Below are positions 1 through 12,871 of a DNA stretch of 64,000 nt, one piece after another. The DNA is taken from contig NC_083229.1 of assembly GCF_032191835.1 (NCBI RefSeq), forward strand, positions 81,468,001 through 81,532,000. Direction: 5' to 3'. The stretch comes from Heteronotia binoei. Lineage: Eukaryota. A program made the position numbers and the translations under genes. Numbering within the stretch: position 1 is the first letter of the stretch; the number at the start of each line of letters is the position of its first letter. Below the pieces are notes generated by a model. The model was not told the DNA's origin. It saw nothing but the letters and a program-made list of their open reading frames with translations, and did no database searches.

Positions 1-153
1 TGCTCAGACTCTCGGGTCTGGAGCCCGTGTGCAGGGCCAATGTGCACGTTAAATAAAGAAAGCTGTTTTCCTGACTTCGCCTCACGCTGCCTCTGTTATT
101 GATCCGGCTGAAATTGGTAATGTATGAGCTTTTCCCGCTACATACACTCTGAT
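1..153 (+). mobile_element. Possible 3' end (R/U5) of an LTR cut by the window edge
   Basis: AATAAA at 52-57 in a CpG-containing stretch that resembles an LTR U5; no terminal CA or TSD established. Confidence 0.25.
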
Positions 154-176
154 AGCGGAAGACTAAGCTATACAGA

Positions 177-1267
177 AAGAGCCCTGTGGTGCAGAGCGGT
201 AAGCTGCAGTACTGCATTCCAAGCTCTGCTCATGACCTGAGTTCAATCTCAGTGGAAACTGTGCTCAGGTAGCCAGCTCAAGGTTGACTCAGCCTTCCAT
301 CCTTCTGAGGTCCATAAAATGAGTACTCAGCTTGTTGGGGGTAAGGCGTAGATGAATGGGGAAAGCAATGGCAAACCACCCCATAAAAAGTCTACCATAA
401 AAATATCATAATGTGATGTCACCCCATGGGTGTGGTCACACGTACCATTAGTGGCGACACAGCTCTGTCTTGCTGACGGATTAAATATGTTCGTCCACAC
501 ATCCACATCTGGCAATCGAGCGTCATCCAGGGTCATTCCGACTTGCTGCGGATCAGTGCCGCATTAATTTGACAGCACAGAAAGTCCGGCCCTTTTTAAA
601 AAAAGCAGCACAAGATCGGCTTTTTCCTGTTTGGATAGCTCACGCACGATACTGCCCCTTGGAATGTATACCTCCCCTCCCACCTTTTTTTTAAAAAAAA
701 AGCCCTAGTAGACATGCGCATTGTCAGATCATCCGGGAATCTGAGGTGATGCTTCTGCTTCTCCAATCAACACAGGATCGGAGGGGGGTGTGTGGAAACA
801 TTATCCCACTATTCAGAATAGGAAAAAAATCTTTTTTTTTCCATGTGGAGGATTTCCAGATATCTTTGTCACTGCCAATTTCTAGGAAAGTAATTCCTGG
901 CAGTTCCTTGGTTTGAATCGGCAACATTAATTCCGGAAACTTTCCCTCTTCCCCCTGCCTCTGAAGCAATGTTTGATTTCCCACCTCCAAACAGTTGGGC
1001 GCATGTTCAATGGACCCCCCCCTCCCAGAAATCACCATCTGATCATGCATGCTCCAAGAAAAGAGCGTGATGGTATTGGATGTCTGAACGCTCAACAACA
1101 GAATGAGTAGCATTCTTGGATGCTCGTCTGAACAACCCTGCATCGAATCAATATTCAGTGGTTCAAATTTGAGCGCTACACACCCGCTTTTAATGTGATG
1201 TGTAACGGCACCCCATGGGTCGGTAACAACTTTGTGCTTGCACAGGGGACTACTTTCACTTTTTAAA
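177..1267 (+). mobile_element. Sauria-type tRNA-derived SINE split into 177-427 and 1217-1267 by a DNA transposon
   Basis: Head GAGCCCTGTGGTGCAGAGCGGTAAGCTGCAG, core CAAGGTTGACTCAGCCTTCCATCC, tail GTGCTTGCACAGGGGACTACTTT. 9-bp TSD CTATACAGA at 168-176 and 1268-1276. Confidence 0.9.
428..1213. mobile_element. Non-autonomous PIF/Harbinger-like DNA transposon (786 bp)
   Basis: Degenerate TIRs: GGGTGTGGTCACACGTACCATTA at the left end versus GGGTGCCGTTACACATCACATTA (reverse complement of the right end). 3-bp TSD CAT at 425-427 and 1214-1216. Removing it restores the SINE tail. Confidence 0.7.
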
Positions 1268-1339
1268 CTATACAGATATTGTCACTTACTACAAAACAGC
1301 TCTTGTGACCACTGCTGTTAAATTACTTAGGAATTAGGA

Positions 1340-2265
1340 CTATTTATTACTCTATTAAATCCCTTTTCCATCTTTTTATCATCCAAGGTCTGTTTTTGAA
1401 AAATCCTTCCTGTCATCTGCACAACATTCAACCAAACCCAGTACTTGCAGCAGTTTTCAAGATCTGGGATTCCTTTGAAAGCAAATGGCTCCCCAAAATC
1501 TCCAGATATGCCACTTTCCTGCTTTAAGATTGGTTTCCTCTAGGATTGGACCCATCTAAAATCACCACTTGGAGAAGAGGTAAGCTCACTCAGTTACAAG
1601 ACATATCCTTAGAACAAGGCCTTTTACCAAAATTGCTTCTTGAAAGGATGCTGCATAGTGAGGCCCCTGGTTTTTAAAATTTCCAACTTTGACATGTAAC
1701 ATCACAACTAAAAGTCTCTTTGATAATGGCCATCCCAAAACAGCCTTTAAAAACCTAATATGTAATGATGATTCCAACTCTTGTGGTCTAAGTTTGCAAG
1801 TCTACAAACTTAAGCATTAAATTGCTACCATATCAAGAGTCATGGAACAGGGATTGTGGCACGAACTTTACTGAAGCTCTATTCCTGCTTACATTCCATA
1901 TAGGTATATGAAATCATGGAAACCCAGAAGACCCAACCTGCTCTTTTTTAGCCATCCCACCATGGCCTCATATCTCTCAGCCAGATTTTGCAGGACAGTG
2001 GCTGCCTGGCTGCCCAACAACAGATACAGCATATTGACTACACCGAAGCCTGAAACAGTGGTACCTCATCCCAGGAAGCTAACAAATATTTGATTCTTTT
2101 ACTCATCAACTTGCTGGAAGGGGTGTGGTGATACTGATTGTTTTCTCTTATAATGTTTAAATTCTGTTCTGTTTTATGTTTAAATTATCCTCAAATATAC
2201 TTTAAATATAATTCAAGAGAATTTATTTTGAGATTTTTACATTATGAAAATAATCTCCGAAAAAA
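1340..2265 (+). mobile_element. Old L1-like LINE 3' fragment
   Basis: Decayed ORF2 C-terminal-like peptides (KIWDSFESKWLP; LHRSLKQWYLIP) followed by an AT-rich 3' UTR-like stretch. Confidence 0.4.
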
Positions 2266-2284
2266 CTACCTTTTTTACTAATGC

Positions 2285-2707
2285 TTGGTGGTAGCTGAAT
2301 AGCTCCAGGGTTTCCTAGATGACACATTGGCGCTAGATCCATTCCAGCCTGGCTTCTGGCCTGGCCATATGAACAGAGACTGTGCTGGTTGCCCTGACAG
2401 ACAATCTCTATAGACAGCTGGATCTAGGCAGGTCAGTGCTGTTGTTGCTGCTAGACCTCACAGCAGCATTTGACATAGTCGATCATGATCTTATGACTCA
2501 CCACCTCACCAATGTAGGAGTTCGTGAGGTAGCCCTTCAATGACTTTCCCCATTTCTCCTGTGTCAGGGTGAGAATGTGTCCATTAGGTACCCCTTGCTA
2601 TATGAGCTTTCTCAGGGGGCACTCCTTTCCTCAATGTTGTTTAACATCCATATGCACTCCTTCACCCAGCTGGCAAGGAGTTTCAGGCTTGAGTGTCATC
2701 AATATGC
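2285..2707 (+). mobile_element. Old L2 LINE, RT fragment 1 (broken at the YADD motif)
   Basis: Peptides LDPFQPGF, TETVLVALTD, LLLLLDLTAAFDIVDH and CHQYA, homologous to the younger L2 at 15.1-15.5 kb. Confidence 0.85.
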
Positions 2708-5700
2708 TATTGTTCAGCAAGACATAAAACTTTTTCTAGAATTGACATGTTGTGGGGAACTAAAGATTTAGGTCTTATAACAAGGAAAATAGAGATTTTA
2801 CCTAAAATTGGGGCTGACCATAACCCAATAATGTGGATTACAAAATTGTCCAAGAAGTTGAGAAGATGGAGAGTGAATGAAGATTTGCTATAGAATAAAG
2901 AAACAGTGACATACCTAGAAAATGAAACTAAAGCCTTTTTCCAAATGAATGACAAAGAGGACATAGATTTCCAGACGGTCTGGGATGCTTAGAAATCAGT
3001 AATTAGAGGAATGTTGATTACTTTGAATAATAAGGACAAAAGAGTAAAAGAGAAACAGATGTTGGACATTCAAAATGAGATAAAGAAAAAAGAAGGGGGG
3101 TTGAGAAAAAGGCCAGGGAAAAAGAAAATTATAAAGGAAATTACAGTATTACAAACTCAAATGAGACATTTGTTAAATAAAGAAGCGGAATGGAGTTTGA
3201 AAAGATTGCAGCAGAAAACCTTTGAGGGTGCAAATAAGCCGGGAAAGTATTTGGCTTGGCAATTGGAAAAAAAAGAGGGAAAGTAAAATTATTAATAAAA
3301 TTGTGGTAGATGGAAGAGAAGTGGTTACCCAAGGGGGAATAAAAAAAGAATTTTTTAAGTATTATGCCAAATTATTTAAAGGTGTTAAAATAAAGAAGAT
3401 AGATGAATATTTACAAAAGGTAAAAATAGAGCCCTTAACTGAAAATATGCGAAAAGTTTTGAATGATCCAATTGAAAAAATAGAAATTGAAGCAGCAATC
3501 AACGCAATGAAAAATGGAAAAGCACCTGGACCAGATGGATATACAAACAAATTTTTTAAAATCTTCAAAGAGGAATTAATACCAAAGTTGCAGAAGTTGA
3601 TGAATACGATAAGAATGAAAGGGAAAATACCAAACAATGGAAGGAAGCTGTTATTTCGTTGATACCTAAGGAAGATAGAGATGTCACGGATGTAAAAAAT
3701 TATAGACCAATTTCACTATTAAATAATGACTATAAAATTTATACAAGAATCCTGGCAGAATGGCTTAAACAGCATTTGATAAATTTTATAAAGGAAGATC
3801 AAGCAGGTTTTCTTCCCAAAAGGCAAATAAGAGACAATATTATAACTGTTGTAAATATTGTAGAATATTATGAAAGACATCCAGAAAAAGAAGTAGCATT
3901 ATTCTTTGCAGATGCAGAGAAAGCATTTGACAATTTAAACTGGGACTTTATGTTTGCAGTAATGGAAAAAATGGAGCTTGGAGAAAGCATTATAAGAATG
4001 ATAAAAGCAATATATTCTGAACAAAGTGCAAGGTTATGTATAAATGCATCTTACAGAAGATATGAAAATCAGCAAAGATACTAAACAAGGTTGTCCACTT
4101 TCACCATTGTTGTTTATAAAGACTCTTGGAAATATTATTGATGCAGTTACAAGAAGAAAAAGATATAGAAGGATTAAGAATAAAAGGATTTACTTATAAA
4201 TACAAAGCTTTTGCTGATGATATAATGCTTATAAATGAAAACCCCATACAAGTTACACCTTTGTTGTTAGCTAAAATACAAGAATATGGGGAGTTGGCGG
4301 GACTTTGTATTAATAGAGAAAAATCAAAAATTCTGTGTAAAAATATGCAGATAAATAAACAGCAAGAATTGCAGAAACTAACAGGCTGCGAAGTCACCTC
4401 CAAGGTAAAATATCTGGGGGTGGAGATAACAATGAAGAATATTGACTTGTTCAAAAATAATTATGAGAAGTTATGGCGTAAAATGGATGAAGACATGTTA
4501 AAATGCCACAAGCTTAATTTGTCATTGTTGGGTAGAATAGCTGCAATTAAAATGAATATTCTACCCAGAATAGTGAATTTGTTTCAAACTATTCCTATTG
4601 CGAAGGATAGTAAACGATTTGATAAATGGTGAAAAAAAATTTCAGAATTTGTGTGGGCCGGAGAGAAACCAAGGATTAAAATGAAAATTTTGACAGATGC
4701 AAAAGTGAGAGGTGGATTTCAACTACCAAATTTAAGATTATATCAGGAAACAGTTTGCTTAGTGTGGATAAAAGAATGGATAACGCTGTTAAACAGAAAA
4801 CTTTTAGTGTTGGAAGGTCACGGAAATAAATTTGGCTGGCAAGCATATTTGTATTATGGAAAAAAGAAGATGGATGTTTTTTTCTCTCACCATTATATAA
4901 GAAATAATTTGGTAAGTACATGGATGAAATATAAGAAGTATGGAGATGAGAGAAGACCGTTATGAATAGTACCGGCAGAAGTAATAAAAATAACTGCTGA
5001 GATAGGGGAAGAAAAGTGGTTGTCATATAGTCAACTGTTAAAAATACAAAGTGGCAAAATAGAACTGAAAATTGCTGAAGAGTTGAATAATAGATACGAT
5101 TGGTTTCAAATGCAACAAATAAAGAGCTTGGTGGAGAATGATATTAAAACTGAAGGAATAAGGAAGGAGCAAACAGAAATGGAAGAAGTTCTGCTTGGAG
5201 ACAATGATAAATTAATTTCAAAAGTATATAAATTACTTTTACAATGGTCTAGAGAAGATGAAGTAGTAAAATCTCAAATTATTTATATTAATTGCCGATT
5301 TAATCAAGAAATACAGATGGAAATTTGGGAATATTTGTGGAAGAACTCTATGACACTCTCAACATGCCAGAATATCAAAGAAAATTGTTTTAAGATGATG
5401 TACAGATGGTATATTACGCCTAAAAAATTGGCAAAGATGAATAACAAGATGCCAGACAGATGTTGGAAATGTAAAAAGCATGAAGATTCTCTCTACCATA
5501 TGTGGTGGACTTGTGAAAGAGCTAAAATATTTTGGTAGATGATTCAGCAAGAGATTTCTAAGATCTTGGGATATGAATTTAACAAAGTTGCAGAGACTTT
5601 TCTGTAAGGATTACAAATGGAAAAATTTCCAAAAGACAGAACTTTAATCTGGTACTTGCTCTCAGCTGCTAGGACATTGTATGCGCAGTTGTGGAAGCAA

Positions 5701-6098
5701 GAAAAAATACCAGAGAAATGGGATTGGATTGTTAAAGTTATGACATGGAGTGAAATGGATAAGTTAACAAGAACTTTAAGAGACTATGATTTAGAAGTAT
5801 TTAAATTGGAGTGGAAGAAGTTCAGAAGATATGTAGAAAAAGAATGGAAAATAAAAGAACATTGGACAATCTTTGATAATGATTAAGTATAAGTGTGTGG
5901 GGGGGAGATATGAATTTTAGTTCTTATTAATTAGGGGTACCTTTTAAAATGATGTTTTGAATTTAGTACACTGGCAGGGGTCAAGTAAAGGGGGGAGGGG
6001 TAGGTAGAAAGTAATATATGGGATTAAAAAAAGTAGTTATTAATGATATAAGAAATTGAATATATTGCCATATGTTACTAATAAAAATTGTTTGAAAC
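2708..6098 (+). mobile_element. 5'-truncated L1-clade LINE ORF2 (endonuclease C-terminus, RT, CCHC region) with stops and frameshifts
   Basis: RIDMLW..DHNPI (EN); KAPGPDG, YRPISLLNNDYK, DQAGF, ADAEKAFD, QGCPLSP, YKAFADD, KYLG (RT); LSLLGRIAAIKMNILP, GGFQLPN; CWKCKKHEDSLYHMWWTC. A-rich sense strand, AATAAA near 6080. Confidence 0.95.
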
Positions 6099-6099
6099 A

Positions 6100-7080
6100 A
6101 GGGGCCTTATTATCTGCAGCAAAACAGATGAATGTGCCAAGGAGAGAAAGCATTCAAGAAGAAGGGATTATAAACTGTTTTTTCTGCATGTAATCAGTTA
6201 ACATTGAATCAATAAAAGGGAACTGGCATGCGATTTTGAAATGGCAAGCGAGGCTTTTGGAACCTGGATGTTTCTCTTCCATTTGTTATTTTCATTTATA
6301 GAAGCTAAATAGAGCAATGTAATAGAGAGTGAGCTATGGAGATTGTATGATTTTTCCTCCAGGTAAAAATAAACAAGTGTGGGAGATGAGGCAGTTACTG
6401 CATATTAAATTTGTGCTTCTTAGAGTAATATGAAAATAGGAGTTATAGTCTCCAAAAGTTTTTAAAGAATTATAACATCCAAAGTAGATAAACAATTAAC
6501 TTGGCTTAATTTTTAACAAGGCAGACAACACAAATATTTGTAATCTTAAAGATCTGCTCCTAATATCTCTGACTGGAGAAATAGTTTATAATGAAATAGA
6601 CAAAGTATTGTGTTTTTTGTTCTTCTTTTCTCTCTTCTGTTAGAAATAAGTAAGTTAGTATTAAGGATAAAGAAACTATGTTTATCTTTTATGCTTATGT
6701 TAATGGTTAATACTGTTAAATTAACTAATTAGTTCTTTTTTTAATATTGCTAAATTGAACCAGTTAGCTCTGTTTCGTGATTGACTTTTCTGCACTGAAG
6801 ACGAATAGTTTAAATTTATATCATAAGCAATACAATAGTTAAAAGTATATAAAGAAATAATAACACTGTAGTATTAATGGTTATACTGGGTAAAAATTTA
6901 AAGACTTGCAGGCAGAAGGAATTTGGTATTATGCTTTGAGGTAGAAATGTAACAGATATATTTACTGCTTTTCTCTGTTCTTTTTTTTTGTTTTTCTATT
7001 TTGTACCTCCCTTTATTTTTGCTTCTGTAACCCCACATTATTCTCCCTTTTTATACCTAAACTTAATAAAAATAAAAATT
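6100..7080 (+). mobile_element. Second, older L1-like 3' end
   Basis: Decayed NKC(W)RC-like motif near 6370, then an AT-rich UTR with a pyrimidine tract ending in AATAAAAATAAAAAT at about 7065-7079. Confidence 0.5.
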
Positions 7081-7089
7081 TGGAAAATC

Positions 7090-8350
7090 AAAAGCAGGTT
7101 GAAGCTGAATCCATAGAAGATGAAGGTTTTGTGGCCGGGGGGGAGGGGGAGGCGCTGGAGTGCAGGCTCCTGGCTCTTGACAGAGTGACTGATACCACTG
7201 CTGCCTGTCAGGAGCCTAGGTGGGATTCTGGGTACCTCCCTTTTGATGGAGGCCCAGGTTGTAAATATTGCCAAATCGACTTTTCCACATTTTCGCCAAG
7301 CTCAGCAATTGGCTCCCTTCCTTTCATGCCCTGATCTAGCCACAGTAATCCATGCAGTGGTCATATCAATATTAGACTACTGTAACTCACTCTGGCCTAC
7401 CCTTGAGACTAACCCAGAAACTTTAGCAAGTTCAGAATGCAGTGTTGTGAGTGTATTACCCATGGGTTCTATTGATTCCTACAAGCAATAATTGTGAACA
7501 AAGGAATGCAGTTTTATTAAGCTTAACAGAAATAACAGTGAGACTCCCTCACCCACCCAGTGAGCTTTATAAGGAAAAAAAGTCTACTTCACAAATCCAG
7601 GCAGTCTTCCAAACAACCAGGCTGGGTCACAGAATGGAGTGTGGAGCTTCTCTGCAGCCTACACAACCCAGAAGCCTCTGTCCTGTCTCATTGGCGCTTC
7701 TTCTCTTCTAAGATGCTCTCTCTCTTCTCTCAAAGCTTGCTATCCCTTTGATGCTGCCTGACTGAAACTGCCATTTTCTTCTGCTTCTGCTTGCTTTTTA
7801 TGTACACCACCCTCCTATCCCAGTTGTTCTTCATCTATAGTGCTGTGTAGAATTTAAACCCCTGCTGTTGGGGCCATCTTCTTCAGTATGTCCCTGGAAG
7901 AGCATTGCTCTCTACTGGTAACAACTGTTTGGTGATTGGTGGCCCTAGGGATATCTGTCTGTCCTTGACTAGGGCCATGGCCTTTTTGGTCCTGACCCCA
8001 ACCTGGTGGTACTCTCTGCCGGACGACATCAGGGCCCTGCAATTCCGCAGGGCCTGTAAAGCAGAGATGTTCTGTCAGGCTTTTGGTAGAGGACAGAAAT
8101 AGTTTGTCATCAGCTGGCACCACCCTTTCCCATCCACCCCAGACAATTTGTAAGCCACCCCCCTATGATGATCTGGCAGTCCAGAATATAAATAAAAATG
8201 TTTAGGGCGCCATCTGCGTTTTTTGGTAAATTTTAATCCAATTTGTTATGTTGGTTTTAACTAAATATTGTTTTTAGGGTGTATATTGTACATCACTCAG
8301 AGCTCGGTATGAGCTGGGATGAGGCAATTAACAAATAACAACAACAACAT
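7090..8350 (+). mobile_element. Remainder of the old L2 (7090-7440 and 7900-8350)
   Basis: RLKLNP motif at about 7096; MEAQV..AKSTF.H.RQA..LAPFL..PDLATVIHA....LDYCNSL; ORF end FRRACKAEMFCQAF; degenerate L2 tail at about 8280-8350. Confidence 0.8.
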
Positions 8351-11089
8351 AGTAGTCAAATACAGACTGCTCACAACTTTAATGCTACTAGCTTTTCTCA
8401 TAAGGTAGAATCTCTGCTCACAGTGCTGTGGCTCTTAGAGGGGACATTGCTTACCAACCTTCTTAACTCTTTTAAAATGTCTAAATAGCCATAACCATGA
8501 CTATGACCTCAGCTCCTTTCTCTCACAGAGAGATCAGCAGTCAGGGTAGCCCACCCCCTTTAATAACAGGCCCTCACTCAAACACTTCACTGAGTTATTG
8601 GGGCAGGGGGCTCGTTCACTGTTCCATTCACATGCTGCCACCATTCATTCATATCCTTAAACATATATAGACAGATCTTCATTGGTGTGTTTCTTTCCCG
8701 GAGACACTCAGCCCATAGATTTAAATAAACAAGGAGCTAACTTTTATTTATTATGTGAACATAACATTGAAGAAAGTAAGGTAGATGTTACAATGTTGAA
8801 TTTCCAACTGAACTTTTTCTCTATTCCAGCAGTTGAGGTTCTTTATTACGAACTGGCTCTTCTCAGCCAGCTCTAAGCAGCTTGTTTCTATAATTTCACT
8901 CAGACACACTCTTCACCTTGCTGAATATCCTCCAGACCCTCAGTAGGAGTCCGTCACCATGACTTCCAGGTGCACACACCCAGACACTCACATGGACACA
9001 CACACACACAAATACTAAAAAATAAAAAAAAAATGATTGGAAGTACATTATTTAGTGTGTGTAGTAATCTAAATGGGATGTGAGTATGGATCACCATGGC
9101 CAGATCACACTTCTGATAAAGCTACTGATAGAAATTACCTACCTGTGCCCAAGAACTGGGTCTTCAGTAGAGTTGACCGGACACCACCAGCAGCCCCAAA
9201 AGGAGGTGGGAGTGAGGCCTGGTGTACCAGCATTGTGCAAACATGCTTGTGTCACGTTTGGAAAAAAAATGTGACATGGGGAATGCTCTAACATGCTCTA
9301 ACAGCTTGCAGAAACCTGGTGGTTTCTCCTATGGTTGAAGGCTAGGGATGCCATGTTCCTCCCCCATCTCCTCCTGCTGGCACCCAAGGCATGAGAACAG
9401 GAGACATGGCATCCCTATCCTCCAACGGTGGCCAGGATGCAGAAATACTCCAAGGTAGAAACCTGCTCCTTCAGAGGGAGCGCAGTCATCTCTGGGTCAA
9501 GCTGACTTCATAGTCTCCCAGCAGCTTTTGTATTAACCAACAACACCTCAGTCTTATCAGTTCATTGGCCCCTCATTCATCCCATTATCTTTTACAGGCT
9601 CCTGTTCAGGATTTCCACAAACCCACCTGACTCAGCTAATAAGAGAAACAGAACTAGTTGTCATCCACATATTGGTGACATCTCACTCTACCTTCCTGAA
9701 TGAGCTCTCCCAGCAGTTTCAAGCATAGGCTAAATATCACAGGTAAGATAGAACCCTGTGGGACCCACCCATAGCATCAATGCCAGGGGAATGAACAGTA
9801 TTTCTCCAGGACCACCTTGTGGAATCTGTCATGGAAGAAGCGGACCACTGATGCATGATGCCTTCATTCTCAAACCCCCCCCCCCCCAAATAAAAACTGT
9901 GTAGAACTATAATGTAGAACATTCATTCCAAAAAGTTATACTCAATACAGTTATACAGAGCCGTTTCAATGTGTCCTCAGTTCTTATTCAAAGATACAAT
10001 AGCAACAACATTCCTCATAGAAACATTCCAGTCTGTATTGCATACAATTTAATGGGCAGAGCACAAGTAGTCCATTTCAAAACCCAAAATCTGTAATATC
10101 ACAAATAAATTGAGGATGTTGCCAACTTCTCCACAGAAGCCCTATGTTGGGCATGCTGAGATGCCACAAGAGCAGAGAGAAAATGGAAACTGGTTTTGAT
10201 CAAATGACCAGCTCGGCTTCACATGCCCAAAATATCAGTATTTTAATTAAGAGGCTCCAGTCCAAAATACAGTCAACCGCAGTTCATGAAACCGTAAGAC
10301 TGGCAGCCTGAGTCCTTTATAAAGTTTATATCTCCACTTCCTGGCATTATTCATGACCCTGCCCCACAAAGTCCCATTTATGTCAGATCCAACTCTCTTA
10401 ATAAATGAGTTTGGCACCCCTGTGTAGGGCTTGGAATAAAAGCCCCTTTAAAGTTCAGAAAAACACTGCTGGACAGCATTATACTTAGTCTGGTGTCAGA
10501 GAGCCCTGCTGGATCACCCTGCTTTACTGCTTGGAACCCTGAACAACTTCCAGATCTGTAGATCCTTGAGGCTGGATGCACACAAGAAAGCCAGATGTTG
10601 TACAAATATAATGATTTATTAACTTATTAAAACACTGACTATGCAGTACAGTCTCTATGGCTCTATGGCAAGAAAACAAAGAAGCTAACTTATATCTAAT
10701 TGGCTGAATACTTTGGCATTCGATGAGAAACCTTGCAGCATAAAATCCATACAGTAGCATTGAAACATTATATGCATTGAATACAATTGTGATGAAGAAC
10801 AACATATTTAAGCAAACTAGCATGGCTTCCTCAAGCCTATACGCTTAATACAGTTTTTTACCTTTGGTATCAGGTGGAATCCAATCAGCATTCTTCTTCA
10901 GTAGAATTTTCCAGAGGATGTTGGCAACTGCTCCTAAATCCCATCCGGTTATATCACTGAGCACAGGTTTCCATTATTAACCAATTACCACATTTTTTAG
11001 TCTGGCCTTGAAAGAGATAAGAATGGTAGCTGCAGGAATATGGAAATCATAAAGACCTGTGAACCAGACAAGGCCTTCTAGTATTCATG

Positions 11090-11400
11090 TAAACCTATGA
11101 GGGGGAAATAGGGTGCTTGACCAGAACTAGAGCTCAAGGCTTGGAGAAAAATGCCCCATCTCTTTTAATAGAGATGGCCACAGGATAAACAGCTTTAAAA
11201 GGGGATTAGATAGATTTGTGGAGGATAGGTTTGTCAGGTCTATCAGTGGCTACATCCAGAGGCACTATTCCTCTGAATCCCAGACTCAGGAGGCAACATC
11301 AAGGAATTTTCCTGGATGTTGAGATTATCCTCCCAACCTTTTTTTGTCTTTCTCATCATTAGTAGTAAGGAGCATGTTGTAAACTGGGCTAGGACCTTTT
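11090..11400 (+). mobile_element. CR1 LINE 3' fragment
   Basis: CTTTAAAAGGGGATTAGATAGATTTGTGGAGGATAGG (FK.GLD.F.ED) followed by CR1 3' UTR-like sequence. Confidence 0.6.
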
Positions 11401-11664
11401 CAAGAGGAGTGCAAAGCCATGGAACTTTGTTCCAATTCATGTTTTCCTCCCTCCTTAAGGCTGGGTTTTTTTGCAAGAAAGTGATGATGGTCTCTTGACA
11501 TGCAAGTATTTGTTGTTGTTTATTAAAACTATTTGATTAACTCTTTTCATATGCTGGTTGTTATTGTCTTAATTTTCTCACATTGGTATATTTTTAACAT
11601 CTCACTGTCAGCTACTCTAGCAATCCCTTTTAGATGGAAAGGTGCCATAAAAATGCTTTAGGTA

Positions 11665-11834
11665 AATAAATCAATAGCTTTTCTCTAGCAAGGGATGATT
11701 TGAGTCCCTTTAGAACTTCTTATCAAATCATCCCTTGCTAGAGAAAAGCTATTGATTTATTCCCAACTCCAGCCCAGCCAGCAGACATGTCTAATCAATT
11801 AGACATGTCTGCTGGCTGGGCTGGAGTTGGGAAT
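11665..11834. repeat. Two adjacent perfect inverted repeats (39-bp arms with 19-nt loop; 37-bp arms with 2-nt loop)
   Basis: 11665-11703 is the exact reverse complement of 11723-11761, and 11759-11795 of 11798-11834; checked base by base. Confidence 0.97.
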
Positions 11835-12142
11835 GATCATCTTCTACAACCAGCTGCTGATTTTTCATCAACATTTACATCAGGTAGGCCAGCCATGGAG
11901 GATGGGTGATCTGATAGTAATTGATAAGGTTCAGGGGTGGAAGTTTTAAAGTCAGCTGGTTATTTCCTTAAGGATTGTGTGTGTGTGATCTTCAAATGTT
12001 TTTTAAAAGAACCAATTATTCTACATTATTCTAGCATTGGTTCAGTACTGACAACTTGGTGGGCAATAATGACTGGGAACATACAAGTATAGTAACACTT
12101 GTAATAATTTTAGAACTAACAGTTTTTATATTCAGTACCCTG

Positions 12143-12361
12143 TAGCAATGCCAGCCTCCAGGAGGGACTTGATCCCCTGAAATTACAGCTTCAGACTAGA
12201 GAGATCAGTTCCCCTGGAGAAAATGGTTGCTTTGGAGAGCAGACTCTGTGGTCCCTGCCCTCCTTAGGCTCCACTCCCAAATCTCCAGGAATTTCCCAAC
12301 CTGGAGCTGGCAACTCTACCCCCATCCCTCACCAGTGGCCAGGGAGGACCTGGCAACATTA
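12143..12361. mobile_element. hAT-type MITE
   Basis: Degenerate TIRs TAGCAATGCCAG / CTGGCAACATTA. Perfect 8-bp TSD GTACCCTG at 12135-12142 and 12362-12369. Confidence 0.85.
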
Positions 12362-12871
12362 GTACCCTGGAATTTATTGTTTATTAAAATAGTTGTACCT
12401 CCTCTTTCCTCTCAGTTCAGGGTAAAATAAAAGCATGAAATACCTAACCTTTGCCTTCCTGTGTAAATTGGTTCCACTTGCTTTCAAAAGTGTTTAGGGA
12501 AATGGAGTTCGTACACAGTGTCTGTAAGTGATAAGATATATTGGGTTGTATCCAGACTAAAATTTCCAGCAACAGAACGAAAAATTCTTACCTCCCCATC
12601 CACTACCATCCCCATCCACTCCCCATCACGAAATGCTGTTTCTTAGGGAATAGGAATGGCATGAGGAAGGTCTGCAGTAGGAAAGGAGAATCAGTGAAAA
12701 CTGCCAGTTTAGTTTGGATCCAATCCAGCAACTAGATTAAGAAACAGCAGTTGTTTCTATGGTTGGCTTCTATAAACACTAGAAAGCCCCAAATGCCACA
12801 CAGGTCTACTCAGAAACAAGTCCTATTTTATTCAGGGGGGCTTACTTCCAAGAAAATGTTCTTATGATGAA

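Noticed and set aside
177-260. tRNA genes (also near 56684 and 38725)
   Set aside because: A/B-box-like heads continue into SINE bodies and do not form a full cloverleaf.
7443-7806. Possible antisense solo LTR (TG..CA, TTTATT near 7513) within the old L2
   Set aside because: No TSD and no second copy in the window; left as an unexplained insert.
9343-9417. 14-bp inverted repeat TAGGGATGCCATGT / ACATGGCATCCCTA
   Set aside because: Most likely a collapsed MITE; no TSD, and too short to classify or treat as novel.
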